Origin: Welwitschia mirabilis
Lineage: Eukaryota
NCBI GenBank assembly: GCA_051453625.1
Contig: JBOZIK010000001.1
Location: 10,198,040-10,262,039 of the forward strand
Direction: 5' to 3'
Length of the DNA: 64,000 nt
The stretch's first letter is position 1, and every line of letters begins with the position of its first letter. Positions 40,571 to 53,136 of the stretch are shown here, in pieces. The notes below the pieces were generated by a model. It saw nothing but the letters and a program-made list of their open reading frames with translations, made no database searches and was not told the DNA's origin. The translations under genes and the position numbers were made by a program.

Positions 40571-41399
40571 GCTTTTTGGCATCATTACTGAGAATAATGG
40601 CACAGTAGCTATAGTGGAACATGCACAAAATTTAATTCCCTATATCTTTTTAGTTTTTAGATTTTCTTTTTTCTATTTGTTCTTTTATATTGATCTTTTT
40701 ATAGTATTTTTTATTTTGTTTTTCCTTTTTTTATTACTAGTGGATTGGTGTTGATTATGCCTAGCACTTAATCGATGTAACCTAATTTGATGACTTCTTT
40801 TTTTCTCTCATTTTTTATTTTCTTTTATTTTCTTTTCTTCCTTCCTTTTTTCTTCTTTATTTTTCTTTCTTTTCTTCCAATTATTATATCGTATGTTAAA
40901 TTTTATTACAGGGATTAATCTTTTGTAGGTCTAAAGAAAAGAAATTTAAAAAATAATTAAAAATTTTCTTTATTCTATTTATCTCTTCTATTTACCATTT
41001 CTTATCTTATTTCTTTCCTTCTCTATCTTAAGTAACTTTTTTAATAGATGCTTGAAGATAATTTTTTAAGAAGGATTTCACCAATAAAAATCTCAGAAAA
41101 TTTCTTTACTACTTATATTATCTATTTCTAGAATTTTCATTTCTTGTATTACATTGCATTATAGTTTTATTTTTATATTAGTCATTCTAAGAATCTACAT
41201 TTACCCTTTTTCTCTTAGTTATCTGAATTAGCCTCTTATCTTATATTATTTGTTTTTTAAGAGTTACATTGTAATTTTTACCAAACATCTTTATGTCATC
41301 TTGCTAATACCATTGTCTTCCCTCACTAGTGTTATTGGCGTCTTGTGTACATCCTGAAAGGTAATCTATCTTGACTATTTTCTTATGTTTTATGAATTG

Positions 41400-43570
41400 A
41401 GAATGAACATCTTATGGTATATTATACCTAATCCCTCTCAATTTCAAAATGGATAAAAACCCTAAAAACTAGTAATAAGAGAAATTTCAAGAAAGCCAAA
41501 ATAACTTCAACTTTAGCTAACTTAGAAGAACCTTAAATAATATCTTCAACCATAATATTTAAGTACATACTCTTGTATTGTTAAATCCTCTAATTTTGAG
41601 AGATTTGACTTTCAATTAGCACTTATTAATTTCTTTTTCATTTTCATGGTTTAAAATCTAGAGATCCATACTTACATATTAAGGAGTTTGAATGTGTTAT
41701 TTCTACAATTCCTTAAAATATTAATACATCCAATGCACTAAGATTAATCTTATTTCCTTTTTCCCTTAAAGAGAAGGTTAAATCTTGGCTTTACAAATTA
41801 AAACCTATTTCCATTATTACTTGGCCTAAACTCAATCAAGTATTCATTAGAAAAATTTTTTGTAGTCATAAGAACAATGCCATTACAAGGAGATTATAAA
41901 TTTCTAATAAAAGAATAGTAAAACCTTCTCCTAGACCTTTGAAAGATTTAAAAAGTGCTTCTTAAATGTTTACAAAATGGTTTTAAGTAAAAAAGATTTA
42001 TAAGCTTATTTTATGAAGGAATTTCATCCAACCATAGATAACTTATGAAGATGATGTATATAGGAAGCTTTATAGATCTTGAAATTGATAAAGCTTAGGA
42101 TTCTCTTGAGGCTATAGGTAAAAGTTCTAATAATTAAGAGAAATATAATAAGTCCACAAGATCACAACAACTTATTAGGACTACTAGCATCTTTAAAATC
42201 CTTAATAATAATGAGATCAACTCATTGAATAAGATTTCTAAGAAGATTAAGACTCTTGGTACAAATCCTAAGTCTATAAATCCCATCTTTTCATTATAAC
42301 ATTTGTCTTCTAGATACTTGTGAAACTTTATATTATCCAATCATTTCCATATTTCAATGAGTAGTAATAGAACAAGTTAATGCTCTGGGACAATAACAGC
42401 AAAATCAAAGAGCAAATAACCCATACTCTAATACCTATAACCCTAGATGTAGAAATCACAAATCTTCTCATGAAAACAAGATAACCCTAGATAAGCCTTA
42501 ACTAGTTAATCTAAAAGTTTAAATTCCCCCTTAACTTTCAACTCTCTAGAGGATACACTTTAGAAGTTTATAAAAGTTTAATACCTCATAATAATAATTT
42601 AACCAATAAACCTCTTCCACATTATAAATATTAGAGTGAAGAATGCAATAACTAAATTAAACCACTACTTATATTCTTACATCACTTAATAAATATGCAA
42701 AGGAAAAGCTTCTTACTATACATAAGCTTAACCTTGATAGTTGTAAGTTGATAGAAGATGCACAATTCAAGAAAATTAAGATCATACATTTAAGAAGTGA
42801 AAAATAATCTAACAAAGAGATAAAAGATAAACAATCCCAAGAAAAGAAGTACAACAAGATAATACTAAAAGTAAGAAAAACATAAATAATAAACATGAAT
42901 CATAAGAATTTGTTCCAACTTACAAAGAATTCGTAACCTTTCCTCAATAACTTTAAAAAAATCAATTAGATAAGAAGCAACAAAAATTAGTAGAAATTTT
43001 CAAGGAAGTGAATATCAATATCTGTCTTTTAGAAGCCATTAAATAAGTACCTTCTATACTAAATTCTTGAAAGTTATATGCATTATCAAAAAAAGGATGA
43101 ATGTAAAAAGGAAAGCCTTTCTTGCTTAATAGACTAATACTATCATTCAAAATTAAATATTCCTAGCATACAAATATCTAGTATGCCTCACCGTAACCAT
43201 TACAATTGGAAATACTAACTTTTAATAAGCCTTATTAGATCTTAGAGCTAGTGTCAACATTTTGCCTTATAGTGATTATAAGGAACTTGGTTTAAATGAT
43301 CTCTATAATACTAAATTCAATTGTAATTAATTGGTAATTCTTTGAAAGAAGCTTTAGGCATAATATAGGATGTGATTGTTCAAGCAAATAATTGCCACTT
43401 TTGCATGGACTTTGTAGTTTTAGAGATTAAACAAACTAGAAGTCATACCATTTCAATCATCTTGGAAATACCTTTTCTTAACACTTCTAATACTCTTATC
43501 AATTATAGAAATGATGCTATGAATATTTCATTTAGTAACTAATAAGTTAAATATCTTTAATACCATGAAG
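41400..43570 (+). pseudogene. gag: Degenerate gag-protease of D
   Basis: 'DPYLHIKEFE' (~41665), 'LRLILFPFSLKEKVKSWL' (~41740-41790), 'NPYSNTYNPR' (~42418), 'ALLDLRASVNILPY' (~43228), 'IILEIPFL' (~43456). Confidence 0.88.
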
Positions 43571-45671
43571 CAACCTAATGACTTGGAAGGAGTAGAGTTT
43601 GTTAAAAGTACTGGCGATCTTAGTCCTCCTTCATATGAGAAAAGCATTTTCCTTCTTTCTATATCCTTTCTTGATTATGATTTACATGTCAATCTTGAAA
43701 ATAATCCTTATTTTGATATGGATTTACCTCTTAAGGACTTAAGGTATATGTTCAATGATAACCCATCCCATTCTTTGGTTTCTAATTTATTTATGTTATT
43801 ATTAAAGAAAAATGTTTTGTAAGACTTTTTGGTTAAGTAAGAGAAAGGAATAGAATGATCCTCTTATGACCTAGAACATTTAAGCACTAATGAATATTCT
43901 CCTCGTATCCTTATTAAGTTTTTCAACTCATGTATGAAGTCTTATTATGAAAAGATTTTTAGGCCTCATTTGTTAATTAACTATCTTATTCTTTTAATGA
44001 TGAAAACCTTAATCATTAAAATTTTTCCTCCTCATTTATGAGTACACACCATTCTTGTGATCTAACTTGATTTTATCAAATGAGTTTAAATTGGATTTAC
44101 CTACTTTAGCGTTAGTATGTCTGGATCAAACTATAGGAAACCCTTATGTATTAAAGGATGTTTTTTTCATAGAAAACCCTATATATACTCATTCATCTCC
44201 ATACTTAAGTCATTTATACTTATCCAAATCACTTTCATATAACCTTTTAGCACCTACATTTTATCCACTCCTTCCCTAATCTTATGAGTTTATGAGAATT
44301 AATGATCCTAGTTAATGATCCTTCTTTTAATCCATAAATAAAGAGTTCTTTTAGCTTTTCAAATATTTATTAAGATTTGATAAGTTAGTTTCTTCTTTAA
44401 TTTTTTTATTAAGATTTACATGCATTTGAAGATCTCCAATTTAGAATCAAGAAAAAAGGTGGATTTTCTTCTTTCATAGTGTTTCTTTATTTCAAATAAT
44501 TCATGGAAATGAGATCATTTTTCTATTAGGCTCATTTATCTATTGAGATAAATAATCTAGTGATCCCTTTCATTACTATAAACATAAAAAGGAAAAAATA
44601 ATAAAGAATAAAACAAATAAAGAAAACTCTCAGGGTCCTTTATCATATTTTTAAAATCATTTCTATTGGTTTTAGTTAATCACATCAAGGCTATAGATAC
44701 CTACTAGTAATGTAACTTTAATGATTCATTTGTAAGACATTCATCTACATCGAGGCTATAAATGCTTACTATTAAGGTAGCACTGAATCCTTATTGTATA
44801 ATATGTTAAATCTATTGGAATAAAGTGTTATAATAGTAAATGCTCAATACAATTGAATACTTGAAACTTGTATGCTTATGAAAGACGAAGAAAAAAAAAA
44901 TGAAATTAAGGTGGTATTAAAGAGATCTTTTTTTCTTTTTTTAACAAACTAAACTTGATATTCTTTAGCTACTTTTGAATTTGCAAGGATTTACTGATTT
45001 ATACTCTTGTTTATCTTAGTAAAATATTCACCCAAAATTATTTAAATAAATAAGGCCTTACCTTGTTTTCATCATGTCTCATTTATTCATAGAATGCATA
45101 ATAGGGCTTGTTATTTTATTCATCCATTTCATTACATTTTTATTTACCTTTATCAATTTACCAAAACATAATCCTTTTTTTCCTTATATAAAAAGACATA
45201 CTAAGAAATACATTGTGATTTTTATGATTTGACCCATCAAATATGTCTTGGTCTAAGGTAAAATCGATCTAAATCATTGATAAAATCTAGTCATTTAATA
45301 GCCCTCATTCTATCCATTTTCTATAAAAATCTATAAATTTTTAAGCATTTTCACTGAGCACTTATAGTTTTTATGACCTTCATGCTACTACAATTCTCCT
45401 TGAATTTCTATTACCTATGTCTCTGGATTCTACTAATACCAACATCTTCCCTCACTAGTAGTGCCATCTATTTTTCTCCTATTGTGTCTAACTTTCTCTT
45501 ATACATCTATTTCAGCTTCCTCCTAGTCTTCAGTGCATTGGTGAGCTTATTTTTACACTTGAAATTCACCTTTTTTCTTTCACTTTATTTTTCACATTTT
45601 TAACTTTTACTCTCATTTTTCTTTGATTTCCATTTCTTTTTCTTTTTTTAACTCTATTATTTTAGGCCAAC

Positions 45672-46740
45672 ATGAGTGGAAGAGAAGGACTCTTTTTGGA
45701 AGACGAAAGATTCACATCATTTCTTACTTTATTTTTACCCTTCTATCTTAATAGAATTCAATTAAGAAATTGGAACTATTCATTAAAGGAATATGGTACT
45801 TACCACTTTTCAAAGGCTATTTTGGAGTTCTACTGGCATGAAATAATAGATAAATATGACCCCTAGGTAATTCATTCCTCTCTTCATCACACTTCCTTTA
45901 TTAGTTACCTTAATGATATAGAATCTTTATGAGGAGTTAAATATCATCATAACTTAGCTTATATGATTATTAAATCTATTCGCTATTATTATGATGCATT
46001 TAATTTTGAGTATGCACTAAATAGGGAAGGATCCTTACCTTGAAAATACCTTTACAAAAACCAACTTGCACTTTTTAAATTCATCATTTGAAATGTCTTG
46101 TCCATATCTCATGTAAATAATGTATAGATACTCATCTTGACTTGATTAGAATTATCCAAGATATCAAATCCTTTAACATGATCAAATGTCTCTTTACTAC
46201 TATAGCAAATAATATGGGATACAAGTGTAATCTGCTATTCCCTTATTTCATTTTAGATGTGATCTATAACACCATAGATCATACTTTAAACTTTAAGGGA
46301 TAGAAAAAGACATTCATAGAAACCATTATCCCTAAAATGAAAACCCAACTTAGTAAGTGTAAGAATTAAGATTGGATTTAAAGGGACATGTAAGAGATTT
46401 AAGAAGAAGAACATACCCAAAGAACTACTCCTTTTCAAGCTCCTTATTCTTCCTACTCTTCACCCACTACAGAAATAAAAGAAAAATATTCTATCAGTGA
46501 ATCCTTTCATACCAATTATTCCCTACCTTATTTTTCTCATCCTTCCACTACTCATAGACATTCTTCCACTACTTTAAGTGATACTTTTTTGGAGAAATTA
46601 CCAAATCTCAAAGAACTTGAATTTGAAATTTATGGGATAATATGAAAAATATTACAAATAAATAAAAGAAAATGTCCAAGAAACAAGAAGATATAAATGA
46701 AAAGTTAGAAATATTAGCTTCTCATAGAAGATTCATGGAT
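45672..46740 (+). pseudogene. Degenerate Athila-type extra (env-like) ORF
   Basis: ATG-initiated 'MSGREG...RNW....ILEFY' (resembling GW...VREFY), then 'NVLSISHVNNV'-like and 'LLFPYFILD' (resembling LPFPSLIT) motifs. It sits between pol and the 3' LTR. Confidence 0.55.
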
Positions 46741-47668
46741 TTAATTTCTCTCTTTATCTCTCTTTTATTTTACCATTTCTCATCTACACATTTTTAGTTT
46801 TTTAAGTTGCATTATGCTTGCATATTACTTTGTTATAATGACTTTTGTACTTAATAAAAAATCTATATGAATTCCTATTTTTATAAATCTAGTTTTGATT
46901 CTGAACTAAACTTTACTATACACATTCTAACTCAGATTCAAGGCTTTAAAACATAATGTTTGAAATGTAACTATTAATAGAGTTCGCTCCTTCAACTTCC
47001 CTAATTGGCACTGCTATCTTAACATGTATAAATAATTTCCTTTTGATACAGATTTTCTACATTCAATTTTTAATTTTTCTAGCACTTGAGTATCTATAAA
47101 AAATTTATAAAAACTATTGATTTAAATTAATCACCTAATTCTTCATTTCAAAATCATCATATTCCATTTTTATTCTTCATTCTTTTTTAGCCATTTGTGG
47201 ATCATTTGTATAGCACACAGTTTACATTTAGAGATATAAATCATTACAATAAAAATTCATTTTGATTACTAGTCTTTTATTTACATTAGTTTGCATTTTA
47301 TATTTTCTAATTTAATCATGCATTGCATACTTTATTTTCAGTAATTTTTCTTTTTATCTCATTATAGACTACATTATCACATGCATCATTCATTCCTCAT
47401 TGATTTGACATCTATTTTTTCATCTTTAATAACTTTAAAGAAAAAGTTTAGCTTTGGTTGGAATGAATGGCATTTATGCTTGAATATCTATCTTTCATGT
47501 TTTAGTCTTTTGCTTAAGTGTACTTTTAGATCACATTAGCCAATTTTTTTTCAAAATACTTTTATCTTTTTATACTTTATTGATTTGATTTCTAATTTTT
47601 CTCATGTTACCTAATCTTTTAATACATATTTTTTGCTAAGTGACTAGCAAGATATTGGTTGCTGGATA

Positions 47669-48227
47669 TGATAGCATGTCAAAATTGATATTTATACCAA
47701 GGAATTTAGGCCTTGTTAGCATGCTTAATTTATTTTCATGATAGTTTTATATATTTATTATGCTTAAGGCCATGAAAATCTATCATTACTACTAATCTAT
47801 CTTAACACTATCATTTTATAGAATATTTACATCATCTAGGATATTATGACAGAAGCAGGATGTATGCCAAGAAATATTAACGATAGTACCTATTTTAAGA
47901 GTAGAAACTCTAGTTATTATGATAAAAATAAATTCATACTTATGTTTTTAAACATTCGCAATGCAAGAAATTCATTTCAAGTGTGTCCACAAAAATAACA
48001 TATATTGAAAATATTTTCTAATAAGAATCCCTTAATTTGATTCCATGACTAAAGGATGATCGTGTATACTTTGAGAATTCTAAAGAATGATCTCATTAGG
48101 TCTTTAAAACCATAATTATAAATATAATTCTAGCCTATAAATATTCTATCTCACTTTACTTGAAAATAATTATATCATTGTTATATTACACAAGAGATTG
48201 AATCTTTAGTCATGTATTATTTCTAAG
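47669..48227 (+). repeat. D 3' LTR (5' part), interrupted by an E LTR
   Basis: TGATAGCATGTCAAAATTGA. Homology to the D LTR stops at ...TTTCTAAG. Confidence 0.8.
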
Positions 48228-48640
48228 TGTTGAGATGCCAAATTGTATGTACTTAATAGGGTACTCTAAGTAATTTTGTAAGACATTTAGATAGGTTTAG
48301 ATTGATTTTTGATAATAATGGATAGTAATGTAATGATCACATAAATGTATAATCTTTAACACATTTGAAGGCATTTTAGATGAATTCTGATACTTAGCGT
48401 TATGAAGAGGAATTTGATGATTGAAGAGGATAATTTAACTTAATGGAAGAAATTAAAAGACTCTTGTTTCCTCCATAGTTTGGATAATAGTACTGGATGA
48501 TAGTAAGAGAAAGTTGATAAGCATGCTGACTGGACTGAGTTGGAAGCTAATGTGGAAATATTCTAATGTAGCATCATCTCAATCATCATCCAAATGATAA
48601 TTAGGATGACACTACACCTAAATTTATAACTGATGCACCA
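48228..48640 (+). mobile_element. Start of an E-family LTR inserted in the D LTR, running into a gap
   Basis: TGTTGAGATGCCAAATTGTATGTACTTAATAGGGTAC matches the reverse complement of 53640-53716 and 58340-58406. Confidence 0.75.
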
Positions 48641-48740
48641 NNNNNNNNNNNNNNNNNNNNNNNNNNNNNNNNNNNNNNNNNNNNNNNNNNNNNNNNNNNN
48701 NNNNNNNNNNNNNNNNNNNNNNNNNNNNNNNNNNNNNNNN
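48641..48740. other. Assembly gap (100 N)
   Basis: N run. Confidence 0.99.
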
Positions 48741-50219
48741 AAATAAACTTCTATTTATATAAATTTGGTTGTAATTCTAAACTAGCACTTAATTACAAAT
48801 GTTTCAATTCAGTTTTAAGGCTTTAAAACATAAGATCTAAGGTATAACTCTTGATAGACTCAGTGTTGCCAACCTCCCTAACTAGTGATGCCATCTTAAC
48901 CTATACAATTAGATTCCTCACATTTTCTATGTTCTTAGCACTCAGATCTTTATTAAAAATTTATAGAAATTAACTGATTCATGTTCATCACTCACTTCTC
49001 TATTCCAAAAGCATCACATTCATGTCTCATTCTTCTTTATTTTTCAATTATTTTTTAATCATTTATGTGATCATACATTTCAGATTTAGAAATTTAAGTC
49101 ATTACAATTAAAAAATTATTTTAATTTTTAGTCTTTCATTTGCATTATGTTGCATTCCATGTTCTAGTTTAACAATGCATTACAAAGTTGTTTTGTATTA
49201 ATTTTGTTTCTAAGATCATTTTAGGCTATATTATCACATGCATCATTCATTCCTCATTCTATTTGCATTTACTTTCTCGTCTTTTAGACTCTGAGTATAA
49301 ATTTTAGCTTTAGTTGGAATTTGCACCTAAGTACCACCTTTCATGCTTTATTCTTTTGCTTAAGTGTAATTTCAGAATATATGGGCCTAAATGTTTTCAA
49401 AACCCTTCATCTTTTTATATTTCACTAAGTTGAGTTGCAATTTTTTCCATGTTAACCAATCTTTTCACATATCTTTTTCATTAAGGAACTAGCAAAAGAT
49501 TAATTATGGGCTATGATAACATGCAAAACTTGACATTTACATATAGGAATTAAGGCCTTCTTAGCATGCTTAATTGATCATCATAATGATTTTATATTTA
49601 TTAAGCTTAATGCCATGGAAATCTAGTTTTATAAATAATCTACCTTAACACCATCATTTTATAGGATAAATTGTCATCTAGAGTATTATGGCAAAAGATG
49701 CACATGTATTGAGAATAATTAGTGGTGGCTCTAGTTCTAAGAGTGTTGACATTAGTTACTTTGATTAGAATAGTACCATACTTTTTCTTTCATGTTTTCT
49801 TAATGTCAGTAATCCATTTTGACCATTTTCACAAATAGAAAGTAAATGAAAGATATTTTCGAAGAAGAACCCCTTAAGTTGACCCCATGACTAAAGAATA
49901 ATCCAATAAAATTTGTGCATTCTAAAGGGTGCTTCCATTATGTCCTTAGCACTCTAATTATAAACCCTAATTATGGCCTATAAATATCCTCCCTCTCTTT
50001 ACTTCAAAGATATCATATCATTACAGGAAATATTAGGGTTTCAATCATGAGTTCTTTCTAAGTCTTTCATAGTAATGGGCTAACTACCAAGCTAGCATGA
50101 TACTCCTTAGTTTAGCATGAGTACATTTTCATATTGTATACTTTTACTTTTCTAATAATAAAGTGTTACATGTTCTTGGTGCACTACTTTAATATTAAGT
50201 TGTAATTGTTTCATACTTA
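48741..50219 (+). mobile_element. Second D-family 3' region plus partial LTR (49514-50219)
   Basis: 48741-49513 is colinear with ~46865-47668. The LTR starts TGATAACATGCAAAACTTGAC. Confidence 0.8.
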
Positions 50220-50615
50220 TAAAGGGCTATAAGAATCAAAGGGACTAAGTAATTTATCAAAATTCATGTGGTAAAAGAGCTTATGTTACCATGATCTAGG
50301 CCTTAAAATTACTTAACAATTTTATAATTATTTTAGAAAATTAGAGGACATTATATAAGTGAAAGTTTTATAGGTTAAACAATTCAAGATAAACCTCTAA
50401 AGTCAGTGTGCTTTTCTACTTCAATAATAGAGTTTAAATTCATCTTAAATCTTGTTTTTAATTTCTGTTTTGATTTTTTACATGTTAGAGAATGTTATGT
50501 TTACTCTCTTTAGTCCTACCTTGAATTATCCTTATAGAAGAATAAAATTGAGTGCTTACCTAGGTTTATTTTAGTTCACTTTTACTATAAGAAACACACA
50601 TTCATCCTGCAAATA
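50220..50615 (+). repeat. 3' portion of the A2 3' LTR
   Basis: Colinear with 15601-15995, ending ...CCTGCAAATA versus ...CCCACAAACA. Confidence 0.88.
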
Positions 50616-50951
50616 CTTGGCACTTGATCGATGAACTTGATTTAGTGACTTCTTTTTTTATTTTATTTTATTTTATTCTTCTTTTCTTTCTTTGTTTTCT
50701 TTTCTTTTATTTTTTTCTTTGTAAATATTATCTGGAATAGTATATCAAATATTTTTACAGGGGCTAATCCTTTTTTAGGTTTAAATAAAAGACAAAAAAA
50801 TAATCAGAAAAAATTCTTTATTCTCTCCATTTTTCTCTTCACCATCTTCCTATCTCTTCTTCCCTTTTATATCTCAACTGAGTTTCTTAGTAAATAATTG
50901 AAGATAAATTTGAAGAGAATCATTATTAGCAAAGCTTAAGAAAGTCTTTTA

Positions 50952-52990
50952 TGTCATGGTATGAATTTATGCAATCTTTAAGTCCTTAGGCAAAACCTGT
51001 AAATCATAATACTTGCAAAAAGATACATGCTACTATAGAACAAAGTCAACCCGAATGCTATAATCCATTAAAGTCATTAGGCTAGAAGTTAGAGAATTGA
51101 TTTCATAAAGTATTTTTAGTATTTTTACTTTAGTAAATGAAAATAATAAGCAACGCAAATGTAATGTAAAATAAATGACGATAAAATGAAATTGGATGAA
51201 TGCAAGTGTAATGAGTCTATTTGAATTCCAATCCTTCTGTCATAAGAATTAGCCTTTATAACTTAGATTAATTAGCAAGAGTTATCACTTGTCTATAACC
51301 AACATAATATATAAGATATTTCAAACAGAATGTGAGATACAAATATGGAAATGAAATAAAATAAAATAAAATAAAATGCAAGATCTAAACTAATAATTTC
51401 AACATTAGCAAAGGTTTTTCTTATGATCTAGATAAACTATGAGGCTATCACCAAATCATAATTAACTTAAATTATAAGAGAGATTGGCACAGCATAAGTG
51501 AAAAGAGTTCTTGAATTAATGATTAACTTAACATCCACTTATGACAAAGTAGTAGCATCTTAATGAAGGATACTCAACCCAACACCAAAGAAATCTTCTC
51601 TCTATAGCTAATGGATGGACTTCTTGTCATTTAATCTTCTATCACAAGAATATATGATACAAAATATTAAATGAAATTAAAGGCAAAAGGGGGTAATTAT
51701 AGTTTTACATTGATGTTCTAAAAGTAAAACTTATAAGTTAGAGAAGAAACCCTAGCAATTGACATGGGCTGCATGACCCCATTATAAAGATAATTCACTT
51801 CCGTTCATACAAAATACTTTTCATCCTGACTATAATGGGATGATACTAGGGACAATTCTCTACAAGAAGAGGTAAGTCATTAGCTCAGACCTCATAGTCA
51901 ACTTCATAGTTTTAGTCCATGTTAGTAGTACTATCGTCTTGATTATAAAGAGATGATAGAAGGGATGACAAGACTCTTTATTTTTCAGCTTAAGAGAATT
52001 AGTCTTTTACATTATTAATTTTTTATTCAAGGCATAGAGTATTAGAATGTATCTAAGCTATCTCCAAATATACCAATAATTGCATGTTTAGCGATCATTC
52101 CATTAATTCTCCATAATCATAGAATTACATTTAAACCTAGATAAATTTCCTATAAAAGTACTCAAAATACCCTATCAAAATCCTAAAAATTAACATCACA
52201 ACATAGCCTCCTACTTAGCCTTGTTAGTATCTAATAAAGTAAGTGATAAATAATATTGCAAGCTAATTTGATCAAGATAAATAGTAACTAGGAAAATGAA
52301 AATTGAGTTTAAAAATATTTATCATGTAGGATTAAATATAAGTAATATAAGATCTTTGTAGGATGCATAATAGATATGTCGTCCTGTATGTTATTGGGAT
52401 GGTAATGGGGATGACAAGATTGGGAAATTAGAACCAAAGTTAGATGCCTGCAAACATGATCATCATAGAAATACAAGTACTAACATCTTTGTTAGCCCTG
52501 TACTTAAAATTTTTAACACATCATAATATAAAAAATGAATGTCAAACACAATAATAGTTATAAGATGTAACAGTGATAGCTTTANNNNNNNNNNNNNNNN
52601 NNNCATAATCCAAGATAGTGATATCATAACTAATATTTATAAACTAAGTAGTAATAACTCATAATGATGTATACAAATCCATTAGTAAGTTTTAAATATA
52701 TTCTACAAGGGAAAAATTCAAGAAAGGAATAATTATAATAATATTACTTTCCTTGTTCATGGTCTCTTAAGTATCCTGAATCACACTTACAAGAAAGTTC
52801 TATAATTGTGCTACTGTGGCTTGCTAAATAATGTCCATAGTGCATACCATACAAGTAATATGAAATCATATATTAATCAGTGCACCATATGTATGCATCA
52901 TGAAATCTTCAAAATGATCCTCATAAATAAGAATTTTACTCAATATCTCAGAGATAACTCAAAAATATGTTTTGCTCCTCCTCCTCCCCC
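50952..52990 (-). mobile_element. E-family 3' LTR (50952-52203), PPT and 3' internal region
   Basis: LTR begins TGTTGTGATG on minus at 52203, after PPT aagtaggaggcta. Homologous to 53137-54495 and 57155-58406. Small N gap at 52585-52603. Confidence 0.75.
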
Positions 52991-53036
52991 ACCCCCCGAC
53001 TTCTCCCCCACACCCCAACCCCAAACCTTTGCCACC

Positions 53037-53136
53037 NNNNNNNNNNNNNNNNNNNNNNNNNNNNNNNNNNNNNNNNNNNNNNNNNNNNNNNNNNNNNNNN
53101 NNNNNNNNNNNNNNNNNNNNNNNNNNNNNNNNNNNN
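53037..53136. other. Assembly gap (100 N)
   Basis: N run. Confidence 0.99.

Larger units (their letters stand above)
39318..48227 (+). mobile_element. Athila-like element D (gag-PR plus env-like ORF; RT/RH/INT absent)
   Basis: LTR, PBS, leader, gag-PR, 3' region and a second LTR from 47669 are colinear. Inserted in the 3' region of A2 (host 39280-39317 matches 8670-8710). Confidence 0.75.
14532..50615 (+). mobile_element. Family-A element A2, interrupted by Copia G and D/E insertions
   Basis: 5' LTR 14532-15995 and PBS. Internal sequence matches A1 at 16020-18291 and 38462-39317. 3' LTR remnant at 50220-50615. Host B resumes right after it. Flanks cctaa/cttgg. Confidence 0.8.

Noticed and set aside
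52975..53036. C-rich tract (poly-Pro ORF, possible G-quadruplex or telomere-like)
   Set aside because: It abuts a gap, departs from the paralogue at ~54480 and has no CCCTAAA array. It is likely a low-quality contig end.
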